IMG/VR virus record: IMGVR_UViG_3300019757_000003
Location: 1-64,000 of that record
Source of the DNA: a virus
Reading direction: 5' to 3' (one strand)
Length of the DNA stretch: 64,000 bases
Part shown: positions 1 to 9,373 of the stretch, piece by piece
Position numbering within the stretch: position 1 is the first letter of the stretch
Layout of the letters: each line of letters starts with the position of its first letter
The notes under the pieces: model-generated
Database searches by the model: none
Seen by the model: only the letters and a program-made list of their open reading frames with translations
What the model was told of the DNA's origin: nothing
Program-made: the position numbers and the translations under genes

Positions 1-635
1 AGTTCAGCTTGTGTGGCAGATAAACTTGAAGCATCAGCAGAATCACTAGAAGCAGTCTCACTAGCTAAAGCATTATCTGCTGAGGTTTGAGCATCAGTAG
101 CACTTAGTACAGCTTCATCTTTAGCATTAACAGTAGTAACAGTATCTAAAGCTACTTGACTAGCTAAAGTTGTGACAATGTCTTTAGCATCTACAGTAAT
201 CACACTAGCATTAGTAGCAGTACTTGCACTAGCTAGAGCATTAGCTTCGGATATATCTGCATTAGTCTCTGATGTACTAGCATTGTTCGCACTTACCAAA
301 GCCTCTGAAGCACTAGTACCAGAAGTAACAGAACTATTATAAGAAGCAGTTGCACTAGCTGTTGAAGAGTTAGAACTTGCTAAAGCATTACTCTCACTAG
401 TTGCACTTGCTAAGGCACTAGCCACAGCTACATCTTTAGCATTAGTTACAGCAGTAATGTCTGCTTGTACACTGTTATTAAAGTCATCCTCTGCTTTTTG
501 TATTTGAGTCTCTAAATGAGAGACCATATCATCTGTTATTTGACCTGACTTAATATTCACATCCGAATACGGAGTATTCATATCAATAGTATTACCGTCA
601 TTTCTTACAATAACTGGATCTAGTGTAATTGGCAT
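1..635 (-). CDS. Ala/Ser/Thr-rich tail fibre-like virion protein (N-terminal part; runs off the left edge)
   Basis: ATG at 635 on the - strand, preceded by AAAGGA. Open frame MPITLDPVIVRNDGNTIDMNTPYSDV... then low-complexity ASALASATSESNALASS repeats, typical of tail fibre coiled segments. Absent from the ORF track because it is truncated. Confidence 0.6.
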   Translation of the reverse strand, partial: MPITLDPVIVRNDGNTIDMNTPYSDVNIKSGQITDDMVSHLETQIQKAEDDFNNSVQADITAVTNAKDVAVASALASATSESNALASSNSSTASATASYNSSVTSGTSASEALVSANNASTSETNADISEANALASASTATNASVITVDAKDIVTTLASQVALDTVTTVNAKDEAVLSATDAQTSADNALASETASSDSADASSLSATQAE

Positions 636-647
636 ATATTTCCTTTA

Positions 648-1211
648 TTAAACATTACAACCACATTTATGTAGTTCCCAAGTTAAAGATGTTCTTAGAG
701 CATAGTCCAATTCATCCATCATATCTGTCTCTTTAGCTAGTAGTATATTCTTGCTGTCTAAAGCACTTGCTGCACTAATAGCACTCTCAACTGCACTAGC
801 TTCTGACTCTAAAGCATTTGTATGAGACTCAGTAGCTTTTAGAGTAGCTGTATTCATAGCATTAGTAGCTATTGTAGCACTAGCAAGAGCTTCTGCTGCA
901 CTATCTAAAGCTTCACCTGCTTTATTGGTTGCAGTCACAGCACTATCATAAGCTATAGTCTCTGAGCTTTTAGAAGCTAATTCACTAGCTTTAGCATTGT
1001 TCTCACTAATTAGAGCATTTGCTGCATTTATAGCTGTAGTGTTTGCTGCTATCTCTACTTCACCATGTTTAACAACAATATCACCATACATACCATCATT
1101 ACCGTTATAGTCTTTGATAGATATGTCCCAGTAAATCCCATCTGTATAAGGTGCTTCTGGGTCTCCAGTACCTCTTACTTCTTGTAGTACTTTTAGTAGA
1201 TCACTAGCCAT
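648..1211 (-). CDS. Ala/Ser-rich virion (tail fibre-associated) protein
   Basis: 187 aa ORF with ASELASKSSE/AAEALASA repeats like its neighbour; late-gene context. Confidence 0.5.
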   Translation of the reverse strand: MASDLLKVLQEVRGTGDPEAPYTDGIYWDISIKDYNGNDGMYGDIVVKHGEVEIAANTTAINAANALISENNAKASELASKSSETIAYDSAVTATNKAGEALDSAAEALASATIATNAMNTATLKATESHTNALESEASAVESAISAASALDSKNILLAKETDMMDELDYALRTSLTWELHKCGCNV

Positions 1212-1214
1212 ACT

Positions 1215-1613
1215 TTACCTCCATTGGTTCTCCTTTGTATAACTTCTCAACATTTTAATATGCTCTTTATTTTGAATCTCATCCATTAACCACTTATCTA
1301 ACTCCTCAAGCACATAAATTTCTAAAGGGTCTGTAATAGCTACTTCGTCATTAACCCATTCAATGTACCTTGTGTAGACTTTCTGTTCAGGTATACTAAG
1401 CCTAGTATCTCCAGTAACTCCAGATAGTACTCTTCTTAACATCTTAATAAAATGAAAGTTAAACTCTATAGTTCTACCATAAACACTATCCCCTACAGTA
1501 ACGTAAGGTTCATGTCTATAAGTAAGACTTTTAGCAATTGCTACACCATGATTATCATAAGCAACTACACCTTCTATATCCCATAACCTATTACTAGTTG
1601 TAAACCAACTCAT
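1215..1613 (-). CDS. hypothetical protein
   Basis: 132 aa ORF with an AAGGAGAGG RBS and an upstream TGGTATAAT box. Confidence 0.6.
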   Translation of the reverse strand: MSWFTTSNRLWDIEGVVAYDNHGVAIAKSLTYRHEPYVTVGDSVYGRTIEFNFHFIKMLRRVLSGVTGDTRLSIPEQKVYTRYIEWVNDEVAITDPLEIYVLEELDKWLMDEIQNKEHIKMLRSYTKENQWR

Positions 1614-1646
1614 ACCTCTCCTTATAATAAACTTTAATCAAGAAGT

Positions 1647-1655
1647 ATTATACCA
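1647..1655 (-). promoter_or_regulatory. sigma70 extended -10 promoter (TGGTATAAT)
   Basis: ATTATACCA on + = TGGTATAAT on -, 34 nt upstream of the ATG at 1613; identical copies at 5011 and 5259. Confidence 0.65.
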
Positions 1656-1666
1656 TAATAGTTTTA

Positions 1667-2149
1667 CTAAGTAGTAAAACTATCTTCACAAGTAGGTTTA
1701 AATTCAGTATCAGCTGTAGCACAAGACTCAGGCTCAAACACCAAATCTAGTTCAACATGGACTTGCCTCATTTGAGAAACTACATCATAAACAATAGCAT
1801 TGTGGTCTAAAACTTCTCTAGTATAGATACTTTTATGAATACCTCCTTTAGTATTGCTAAAATTACTAGCAATTAACCTAGCAACAGCAAAAATAAGAGT
1901 GTCATCTATATCTATCTCATCAGAGTCTAATAGAGGTATCTTAGGTCTTCTAACGATATAATCCCCTGGTCCTAACCTAACCATAGGTTCTGCTAGATTA
2001 AGAGTCATAAGCTTAAGAGGTTCAGCATCAATAGCTACCTTATTCAAAGCATACTCCAGCATAGTCTTAACTAACAAGTCATCATCAGGTAGTTGATTAT
2101 CCCCTGTAAGAAGACCTTTAAGTAATATTTTAAATTGTTCGTAAATCAT
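1667..2149 (-). CDS. putative head-tail adaptor / virion protein
   Basis: 160 aa ORF directly downstream of the terminase; function inferred from position only. Confidence 0.35.
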   Translation of the reverse strand: MIYEQFKILLKGLLTGDNQLPDDDLLVKTMLEYALNKVAIDAEPLKLMTLNLAEPMVRLGPGDYIVRRPKIPLLDSDEIDIDDTLIFAVARLIASNFSNTKGGIHKSIYTREVLDHNAIVYDVVSQMRQVHVELDLVFEPESCATADTEFKPTCEDSFTT

Positions 2150-2193
2150 TCATATCCTTTATACCTAGAATAATACCTTACTACACCTAAAGA

Positions 2194-4059
2194 CTAGCTA
2201 TAAGAATCGTAAGCTGAACCTTCGTCCTCATAAATATCATCCCAAATACTATCTTGCCTACCATTAGGTGGATTAGTACTAAAATCATCCATTAGAGGCA
2301 GTACAATATCAATAGCACCCATCATAGACACAATATCATTGAAGTCATCATGACCACTACCAAAACCAAAGTGAGTAGTGTAAACCAATTGTAGCAAAGC
2401 TTCATCCATATCAGGAGTACCTTTTAACTGTTCAGCAAAGTAAATCTTCTTATTCTGAAATTGGGGTAAGACCATCCTAAATCTTGAATGCTTGTCATTA
2501 CCTTGGTTCTTACTTAGCACACCTTCAAAACCAAATTTAGCACCTCTCTGTCTAGCAAAAGTGAAGTATAAATTCCTCTTGTTCATTTCAAGTCTTAGGG
2601 AATGTATGTGAGACCTTTGTTGTCCATCAACCTCTACACCTACTTCTAGTGTAGCTCCTTTACCAGACCAAGTCCTAATCATTCTAAACAATTCATCGTA
2701 CTGTTCAATAATACCTTGTCTCTTAACACATAAATCCATTAGCAGCCAATCACCTTCGCTACTGACAGCCCAAACACCTAAAGCACTAAAATCTTTTAAC
2801 GAGTTAGTTGTTGTTGTGAAGTCAGTAGTTATATATAAACTATAGTTTTGTAAAGCTTTCATAGTTAAAGTTCTATCAAACCATTGTATAAGATGGTCAG
2901 GTATCATTCTATCTTCTTCCGAACTAATCCTCAGCATATACTCCTGATTAAATTCCCTAACAGTCTCACCATAATGGGCATTTTCATAGTCCTCCATCAC
3001 CTCTTCGTAGCTCTTCATAGCTTCCCAAGAACCTACATACTCTTCCTTAGTAATATCCATACTAATCTTTTCGCAAATAGGAATAGCTAAAGGAGTCCAT
3101 ACTCCATTCTCTAAAGCACTATAGACAGGGTCTTTCTTATTAAAAGGAGTGTTGACAATAATAATCTTACCAGTCTTACCTAAAGCTTTAGACGCATCGG
3201 AATAAATCATAGACCTAAGCTTAGTCATAATAATAGCAGAGTTAGCATCTGCTTCACTCTTAATAATATCATCAAAAGTAAATATTTGAGGTCTAGCTGT
3301 TTTATACCTAATACCCCTAACAGAACCACCAGCAGCACCTTTAACTTTAAACATAAATGCTCTGTCCTTTACTTTGCCATCACCTTTACGAAGGAACTCA
3401 CACTCTTCATCTGTAAATCTCATCTTCTCAAAGTAGTCTTTGCAAAATAAACTATCTTCGCATATATCCCTAATAGTGTTAGCCTGTACTTTAGCTCCAG
3501 CTTGTTGAGAGTCACCAAAACTAACCCAAAACATCACCTTACCAAACCCTGGTAATTTACCAGTAATAGCTACATATATAGGCATAAAAGCTGTAATAAT
3601 AGTAGATTTGGCTGAGAACCTAGAAGCAATAATAGCTACCATCTTCTTATTTAAGCGTATTCTACTATTAATCTCAGGACTATAAGGAAACATTTCTCTA
3701 GTGACATTGTCAAATATAAGATCAACTAAGAAGTACTGCATAATACTACTAGAATGCTCAAAATCTTCTCCCATAACTAACCTAATAGTATTAAAGAACT
3801 CATGAGCTTGAGCAGAAGGTGTATAATTAGGAAAAGTCAAATCGATTGCATCTAAAGCTTTATCGACATTAAAATCCCACTTCTTTGCAACATTACCTCT
3901 AGCTTTAACTTTTGTAGCTACAGGAACTTCTTCTTCACCTTCTTTAACAGCAGTCTCATACTCCTTCCAATTACCATAGGGTACCGAGGCATCATCAGTA
4001 ATATCTGGACTAGCTTCATAACTTATCTCAGCTTGTTTATCCTCAATTAAATCACTCAT
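2194..4059 (-). CDS. terL: terminase large subunit, N4 gp68-like
   Basis: Walker A-like ASRFSAKST, GKLPGFGKV, Walker B RPQIFTFDDI, nuclease YITTDF...DFSALGVWA, VGVEVDGQQ and C-terminal HDDFNDIVSM; this motif order matches N4-type large terminases. Confidence 0.9.
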   Translation of the reverse strand: MSDLIEDKQAEISYEASPDITDDASVPYGNWKEYETAVKEGEEEVPVATKVKARGNVAKKWDFNVDKALDAIDLTFPNYTPSAQAHEFFNTIRLVMGEDFEHSSSIMQYFLVDLIFDNVTREMFPYSPEINSRIRLNKKMVAIIASRFSAKSTIITAFMPIYVAITGKLPGFGKVMFWVSFGDSQQAGAKVQANTIRDICEDSLFCKDYFEKMRFTDEECEFLRKGDGKVKDRAFMFKVKGAAGGSVRGIRYKTARPQIFTFDDIIKSEADANSAIIMTKLRSMIYSDASKALGKTGKIIIVNTPFNKKDPVYSALENGVWTPLAIPICEKISMDITKEEYVGSWEAMKSYEEVMEDYENAHYGETVREFNQEYMLRISSEEDRMIPDHLIQWFDRTLTMKALQNYSLYITTDFTTTTNSLKDFSALGVWAVSSEGDWLLMDLCVKRQGIIEQYDELFRMIRTWSGKGATLEVGVEVDGQQRSHIHSLRLEMNKRNLYFTFARQRGAKFGFEGVLSKNQGNDKHSRFRMVLPQFQNKKIYFAEQLKGTPDMDEALLQLVYTTHFGFGSGHDDFNDIVSMMGAIDIVLPLMDDFSTNPPNGRQDSIWDDIYEDEGSAYDSYS

Positions 4060-4294
4060 CTATCTCAACCTCTTCTACAACCATACTGCCTCGCTTAAAG
4101 TCTAAAATGATAGCTCCAGAACACTCTAAAGAATTCCGTAAATCTATTAAATTCATTTCACTTTCTCTTATAGTATCCCCCCAAACAATTACAGGATTAC
4201 CTACTCTACAACCACGAAACCTATTTTGTTGTCGAACTTCCTGTGCATCCCTGTTAGTCCTAGAATAGCATCTATAATTTGCAACCTTATTCAT
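4052..4294 (-). CDS. hypothetical protein
   Basis: 80 aa ORF overlapping both neighbours by 8 nt (translational coupling). Confidence 0.5.
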   Translation of the reverse strand: MNKVANYRCYSRTNRDAQEVRQQNRFRGCRVGNPVIVWGDTIRESEMNLIDLRNSLECSGAIILDFKRGSMVVEEVEIDE

Positions 4295-4985
4295 CTATCT
4301 CAACCTCTATAGTGTTTAATCCAATTTTCTGTACTTCTTCAAGATTCTCTCCAGACCTGTACCTCAAAGCTTGTAACTTAGAATCCTTCTTAATCTGTTC
4401 AAACATCAACTTAGTAAAGTCTTTAGCTTCATCGGCTAACCCCAGCTCATGTACTACTCTATTATCGTCCTTAGGAGCAAGCAAGTCTAACAATTTAGCT
4501 GATGCTGCTTGTTGAACAGTAGGACTACAAGGTTTGCCATTGGCATCAGTACCATTAGCTAAAGACCTATGATTCTCTATTTGTTCATAGAATACAGGAG
4601 TAAGGAATCCTTTAAACCCAATAAGAGTTGAGGCTTCTATCTTAACCACAATAGCTCGTTTGTTATACTCAGAGACATGGGAAGTATTCCACCTACCTTC
4701 AGAAACTAACTTGTTGTACCTTTCGGGAAAGGTTAACTCCCATGCCTTATTATTACTGCCATAACTACTTCTTAAAGTGATGTACTTAACAGCATCAATA
4801 TACTCTCGGAGACTAACCTTAACATCAGCCAACACTGGGAGATGCTGTAAAATACTAGCCTCGATGTTCTCCTGTAACATACCAGTATCTTTCTCTATGT
4901 TGTTTATAAGAGTTATTACCTCATCAGTAACCGTATGATGGCTACCTTTAGGTAAGAACTTCTGTAATTTTTCTTTATCTATCAT
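4287..4985 (-). CDS. N4 gp69-like protein, putative terminase small subunit
   Basis: LQKFLP, YIDAVKYITL, AWELTFPERY, HVSEYNK, VQQAASAKLLDLL resemble the N4 gp69 family; lies upstream of terL. Confidence 0.65.
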   Translation of the reverse strand: MIDKEKLQKFLPKGSHHTVTDEVITLINNIEKDTGMLQENIEASILQHLPVLADVKVSLREYIDAVKYITLRSSYGSNNKAWELTFPERYNKLVSEGRWNTSHVSEYNKRAIVVKIEASTLIGFKGFLTPVFYEQIENHRSLANGTDANGKPCSPTVQQAASAKLLDLLAPKDDNRVVHELGLADEAKDFTKLMFEQIKKDSKLQALRYRSGENLEEVQKIGLNTIEVEIDE

Positions 4986-5010
4986 ATATATCCTTGAGTT
5001 TAATTGAGTA

Positions 5011-5019
5011 ATTATACCA
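5011..5019 (-). promoter_or_regulatory. sigma70 extended -10 promoter (TGGTATAAT)
   Basis: 26 nt upstream of the ATG at 4985. Confidence 0.65.
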
Positions 5020-5028
5020 CAACTATAC

Positions 5029-5232
5029 TTATTTTATATATTCTTTAGCTAACACTTGTCTAATCTGAGGTACTAAAACCTTCAACTTATCCCTAGAACC
5101 TTTAGAGATATGTTCATTCTCTTTAATACGGTTAGTTAATCTCTCTAAACTCTCCATCATCTCAGTAATGTCTTTCTTACCGTTACCACCCTTTTTCAAT
5201 CCACATCCACCTAACATCATATGTTCAACCAT
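5029..5232 (-). CDS. hypothetical protein
   Basis: 67 aa ORF with an AAGGA RBS. Confidence 0.55.
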   Translation of the reverse strand: MVEHMMLGGCGLKKGGNGKKDITEMMESLERLTNRIKENEHISKGSRDKLKVLVPQIRQVLAKEYIK

Positions 5233-5258
5233 TGTATCATCCTTAATTTTGATTTAAC

Positions 5259-5267
5259 ATTATACCA
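5259..5267 (-). promoter_or_regulatory. sigma70 extended -10 promoter (TGGTATAAT)
   Basis: 27 nt upstream of the ATG at 5232. Confidence 0.65.
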
Positions 5268-5490
5268 TATCATTATATATTTAAGTTTACTTTAAGTTTA
5301 CTTTTTAAATTATATATTTTTATTTTATTTTTCTTTGTGTAAGTTCAGTATATAGGTCAGGAATTCTACTGGCTTATAGACTACCCCCCATAGGTAAGTT
5401 ACTTTAATGTAACTATTTATTTTGGATGTGTAGTAGTGTTAACTGTAGTAATCCCTGACTCACTGAGCAGGTAGCAGTAAGGAGTATGTT

Positions 5491-5982
5491 ATGTTAAATG
5501 TTATTAAAAGAGTACTAAGTGTACTGGTTGCTAGTGTTGTTGGTATGTTGGTGTTGGCTATAGCAGTAATGGTAGTAGAGAATACTGGTAGCCTACTAGT
5601 GTTGGATGGTGGAGTAATCAGACTAGCTATGATGCTAGTAATGAGCACAGCGTTAGCGTCTATTATGGTAGGTGGATTACTAGAGATAGACAGAAGTCTA
5701 GCAGTAGTACCAGTAAATACTAGAATACCTAGTAGAGTATGGACTGCTGAAGATGATGCTGTATGGATTGCTGGTAATGAGCTAGTAGAGACTGGTACAT
5801 CAACAGTATGGGAAGGTACTACACTAAGTACTGAGGACTACAACAAAGATGAGTACACAATAGTAACAAGCTTAGCATACAACTACTCTTGGGATTACAG
5901 TACAGACGCTCAACGGTTTGAACAAGTAGATCGTACTAGGAAGATACTAACAGAAATGTTAGCAAATCAAATCAAAGGATAA
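5491..5982 (+). CDS. membrane protein (two N-terminal hydrophobic helices); first + strand gene
   Basis: AAGGAG RBS; hydrophobic stretches VLSVLVASVVGMLVLAIAVMVV and LAMMLVMSTALASIMVGGLL. Confidence 0.6.
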   Translation: MLNVIKRVLSVLVASVVGMLVLAIAVMVVENTGSLLVLDGGVIRLAMMLVMSTALASIMVGGLLEIDRSLAVVPVNTRIPSRVWTAEDDAVWIAGNELVETGTSTVWEGTTLSTEDYNKDEYTIVTSLAYNYSWDYSTDAQRFEQVDRTRKILTEMLANQIKG

Positions 5983-5985
5983 TGG

Positions 5986-6537
5986 ATGTACACATTCACA
6001 CAGACTGAGTTAGTAGTCTTCAATAAACTAACAGAGTTAGACAGATGGAGTATTGTAGGAGCTAAGGCTCTATCATATCATGGATACCATAGATACACAG
6101 CAGATACAGATGTACTCTGTCATACTGTAGTAGCTAAGGATATACTGAAAGTATTCAAGTCGTTAGGCTTTAGTATTAGTATGATGGACACATCACATGC
6201 TGTATGTACTAATGGAGTAGAAGACTTTGATATTCTTATCACTAGTGCACCTGAGTATAGTAATGCTTTAGAAAGAACAGCAGACCATTACACTACAAGT
6301 AGTGGACTATTAGATATGTACCTATTGTCAGATAAGGAACAGAATCAGTATGATGCTGTAAATCTTATCAAGATTACTAGTGCTATACCTAGTGATGTGG
6401 TATTAGACTTAGAAGGTAATAGATACACATACTTCTTAGAAGAGTCTAGGAAAGATATTAAATCTTTTAAACCAAGGCTACTAGAAGATGAGTTTGACTT
6501 AGAGAGTTTACTCTTAGAGTTAGATGATATTGAGTAG
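5986..6537 (+). CDS. nucleotidyltransferase (DNA pol beta superfamily, AbiEii/DUF1814-like)
   Basis: IVGAKALSYHGYHRYTADTDVL fits the GxxA...G..R.TxDxD signature; third Asp candidate in DFDIL; acidic C-terminal tail. Confidence 0.65.
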   Translation: MYTFTQTELVVFNKLTELDRWSIVGAKALSYHGYHRYTADTDVLCHTVVAKDILKVFKSLGFSISMMDTSHAVCTNGVEDFDILITSAPEYSNALERTADHYTTSSGLLDMYLLSDKEQNQYDAVNLIKITSAIPSDVVLDLEGNRYTYFLEESRKDIKSFKPRLLEDEFDLESLLLELDDIE

Positions 6538-6686
6538 GTCTGAATAGACATTAAACTAGATACAACCACTCTATTAACCTATTAAACACTGGTCAAGACA
6601 GTAACTTGGAAAGAATAGCAATGTCAACAACTAACAACACAACAGTAACAGACAACAACAAATCAAATCAAATTAAAGGAACAAGT

Positions 6687-9326
6687 ATGAAAACAGAAGA
6701 GGCAAAGTACTTCACAGCAAACCCTGAGAAACCAGCAACAATGATAACACCTAAGTTAGTTAGGTATGCTTGTAACAATGCAGTTAAGAGAATCCATGAA
6801 CATAACAATGGTAAAACTCAAAGTATTCAAAATACAAGTACTCACAAGAATCACTTACAACTTAAAGCAATTAGAGCTAAGGCTTTGAGTACAGTTGCAA
6901 TGGACAGTAACTTATTAGAGAGTATTAGTACTGCTCTTAATGAAGTTAACAATGTATCAGGTTCAGAAAACAAGTTTGTACAACAACACCTTGGTGGTAT
7001 GATAGCTTCTTTCATAGTAAGTTCTCCTAAGAACCACTTCAAAAAGATTAACTCTAATATCAATGGAGTATCTTGGAAAGAGTTAGGTGAAGAGTCAAGA
7101 GGAGCTGGTCTTGCTATACTAGAAGAGCTACAAGCTATAGTACCTGATTCAGTTCTTGAGAAGAAGATTACTCTAATCAAAGGAAGTAAAGTTAATGCTA
7201 AAGAGACTTATTACCACTTCCCAGTAAGACCTATGAAAGTTAAAGTAAAAGATATGCTTAAAGGTTTACACTTCATCTCTGATTTAAAGAAAGGTAAAGT
7301 ACCAGCAGATAAATCAAAGCACACAGTAAAAGAACTTATGGGTGCTGAAGCTTTCAAAATCTCTCCTCAAACAAAAGTGGCTCAGAACTTCCTTAAAGAC
7401 CCAAAGGCTGCTATCAAATTATCTATTGACAAAGATCTTATGTTTGAGATTGCAAAACATAGTAAAGCTTTTATTATGACAATGGAAGAAGAAATGAGAG
7501 AAAGTCAAACTCACAATACAATCATTGAGAAGAGAATGCTTGACGAATTACTACTTGAAGTAAATGAGGTACATGAAGCTTTAACCAATCCAACTGGTTT
7601 TGTTGCTAATACATTCCTTGACTTAACAGGAAGATTTTACTCAAAGAACAACAAATACTCTCTTATTGCTGTCCAAGCAGGTGGTAAACTACTCTATAAC
7701 TCAGTTGAGGGAGAGGTTATCAATAAAGAAGGATTCAAACAACTTATGATCTCTGCTGGTCAAATGATTGGTAAGAAAACTTCATCCAAGAAGGCAATAG
7801 AAATCTACAATAGCTTTGATACAGATGAAGAGAGATTTGAGGCTATCCTTGCAACCAATGGTGAGATGCCAACAGCAGAATACACTCTGCTTGACTTCAA
7901 AACCAATGAGAAAGCTTATGCTGAGATCTACGCAAGAACATCAGATAGAGCAGAGGGTCCTGTTGTTATGGAAGAGCTGACAAAGGAAGAGAGAAAAGTA
8001 ATCTTAATGGCATTTCATCATGAAATCTATGAAGAGAACAGATCTATCAAGGCTGACGCTTACGATAAAGTTGCTAAATGGCTTAAAGAAGACCACTATC
8101 TTGGTAAATTGATTCAAGCCATCAAAGACTACCATACAAAAACAGTAAGCCACTTTATTCTTCTTAAAGACTTTGCTGCTGGTGGTCTAATTTGGTGGTC
8201 AATGGCTCTTGGTTCTGAGAAAATGGCTAAAATTGCTCATGTATATGGTAATTGCTCAGAGTTCAATGACCCTTATATCTTTATTATTAAGGAAATCTTT
8301 AGACTTATGGGAATAACTACTCCATCTGACAATGCTGTAAGAACTCTTAGAGATCAAATTAAAGAGACTCTACAAGCAATCTTACATGGTGGTACATTTA
8401 AGACAGCAGCAAGTGCTCTTAGGCAGCTAGCAAATGACAATCCTGCTTTAGGTGGATTGGCAAAGCTTAAAGAGAGTGAGTTGAAGAGTTGTTTTGTATC
8501 AATCTTTGGTGAAAAGATTCTATTGATTGAGTTGTTTACAACTTGGACAAACAGCATCTACACAACTGAGAATCCATCACTATCATGGAATATTGACGGT
8601 AGACATGGTCAAACTCTTGGTAGAGGTGCTAAGTCTAAATACACTATTGATGATATTTACACTCCAGATACTGTAAACAGCCCAAGAGGTGTAAAACAAG
8701 TCAAGTTTATTACAGAAATACCATTCTCTGAAATTGGTGGTGAAGCAGTTAAAGGTGTTGAGGTAGAGGAGGAGTACTCTTTGGCTAAAGTGCTAAATGA
8801 CATGGCTAAAGGGAATCCTGACCATATAACAGAATATGAAAGTGCTAGATTAAGAGGAGCTAGTGCAAACTTCTTACATTATCTTGACCCAATGGCTGTA
8901 GAAGCAATTGCTACACTTCTTCAAGGAGGCTTATTTGAAGTAATTCATGATAACTTTGGAACTCATCCAAATAACATGAGTTTAGTTGCTCAAGGAGCTA
9001 AGAATGCTATGCACAAGATTAACAAAGGTGTAGAGCAAGCTGATGGTACATTTAAACCATACCTACAACATGTAGCAGACCAAATCTGTGATAAAGCAAA
9101 TGAGAGATTATCTTACTTTGCAAATATGTTTGTTGTAGATAAAATCAGTAAAGAATTAGCTCTTAAAGCTGCAACTGATGGTACACCGTTTGACAAAGCA
9201 GAGTTTGACAGACTTTGTAAAGAACAGTATATAACTCCTACTAGAACAGTTAGTAGATTTGTATGTGACATTACACCATTAGATGATAAAGAGATTGGTA
9301 AATTTGACCATTTCTTGCAAGTATAA
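6687..9326 (+). CDS. single-subunit T7/T3-type DNA-dependent RNA polymerase (divergent)
   Basis: DLTGRFY (DxxGR), motif A LLKDFAAGG, motif B RDQIKETLQAILHGG, ANFLHYLDP (T7 PNFVHSQD), motif C VIHDNFGTHP. Start placed at ATG 6687 after AAAGGA rather than at TTG 6606. Confidence 0.88.
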   Translation: MKTEEAKYFTANPEKPATMITPKLVRYACNNAVKRIHEHNNGKTQSIQNTSTHKNHLQLKAIRAKALSTVAMDSNLLESISTALNEVNNVSGSENKFVQQHLGGMIASFIVSSPKNHFKKINSNINGVSWKELGEESRGAGLAILEELQAIVPDSVLEKKITLIKGSKVNAKETYYHFPVRPMKVKVKDMLKGLHFISDLKKGKVPADKSKHTVKELMGAEAFKISPQTKVAQNFLKDPKAAIKLSIDKDLMFEIAKHSKAFIMTMEEEMRESQTHNTIIEKRMLDELLLEVNEVHEALTNPTGFVANTFLDLTGRFYSKNNKYSLIAVQAGGKLLYNSVEGEVINKEGFKQLMISAGQMIGKKTSSKKAIEIYNSFDTDEERFEAILATNGEMPTAEYTLLDFKTNEKAYAEIYARTSDRAEGPVVMEELTKEERKVILMAFHHEIYEENRSIKADAYDKVAKWLKEDHYLGKLIQAIKDYHTKTVSHFILLKDFAAGGLIWWSMALGSEKMAKIAHVYGNCSEFNDPYIFIIKEIFRLMGITTPSDNAVRTLRDQIKETLQAILHGGTFKTAASALRQLANDNPALGGLAKLKESELKSCFVSIFGEKILLIELFTTWTNSIYTTENPSLSWNIDGRHGQTLGRGAKSKYTIDDIYTPDTVNSPRGVKQVKFITEIPFSEIGGEAVKGVEVEEEYSLAKVLNDMAKGNPDHITEYESARLRGASANFLHYLDPMAVEAIATLLQGGLFEVIHDNFGTHPNNMSLVAQGAKNAMHKINKGVEQADGTFKPYLQHVADQICDKANERLSYFANMFVVDKISKELALKAATDGTPFDKAEFDRLCKEQYITPTRTVSRFVCDITPLDDKEIGKFDHFLQV

Positions 9327-9342
9327 AACTATCTATTAGAGT

Positions 9343-9354
9343 CCTCTTCGGAGG
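9343..9354 (+). repeat. CCTC-TTCG-GAGG tetraloop hairpin, copy 1 (others at 10281-10292 and 14383-14394)
   Basis: Identical 12-mer in three intergenic regions; no U-tract follows. Confidence 0.75.
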
Positions 9355-9373
9355 ATTCGTATAGGTTGTTATT

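Noticed and set aside
6606-6686. Upstream TTG/ATG starts for the RNAP, and similar over-long starts at 23215, 27102, 40225, 42274 and 52795
   Set aside because: Downstream ATGs have clear AAGGA-type RBSs; the extensions are low-complexity leader or overlap other genes
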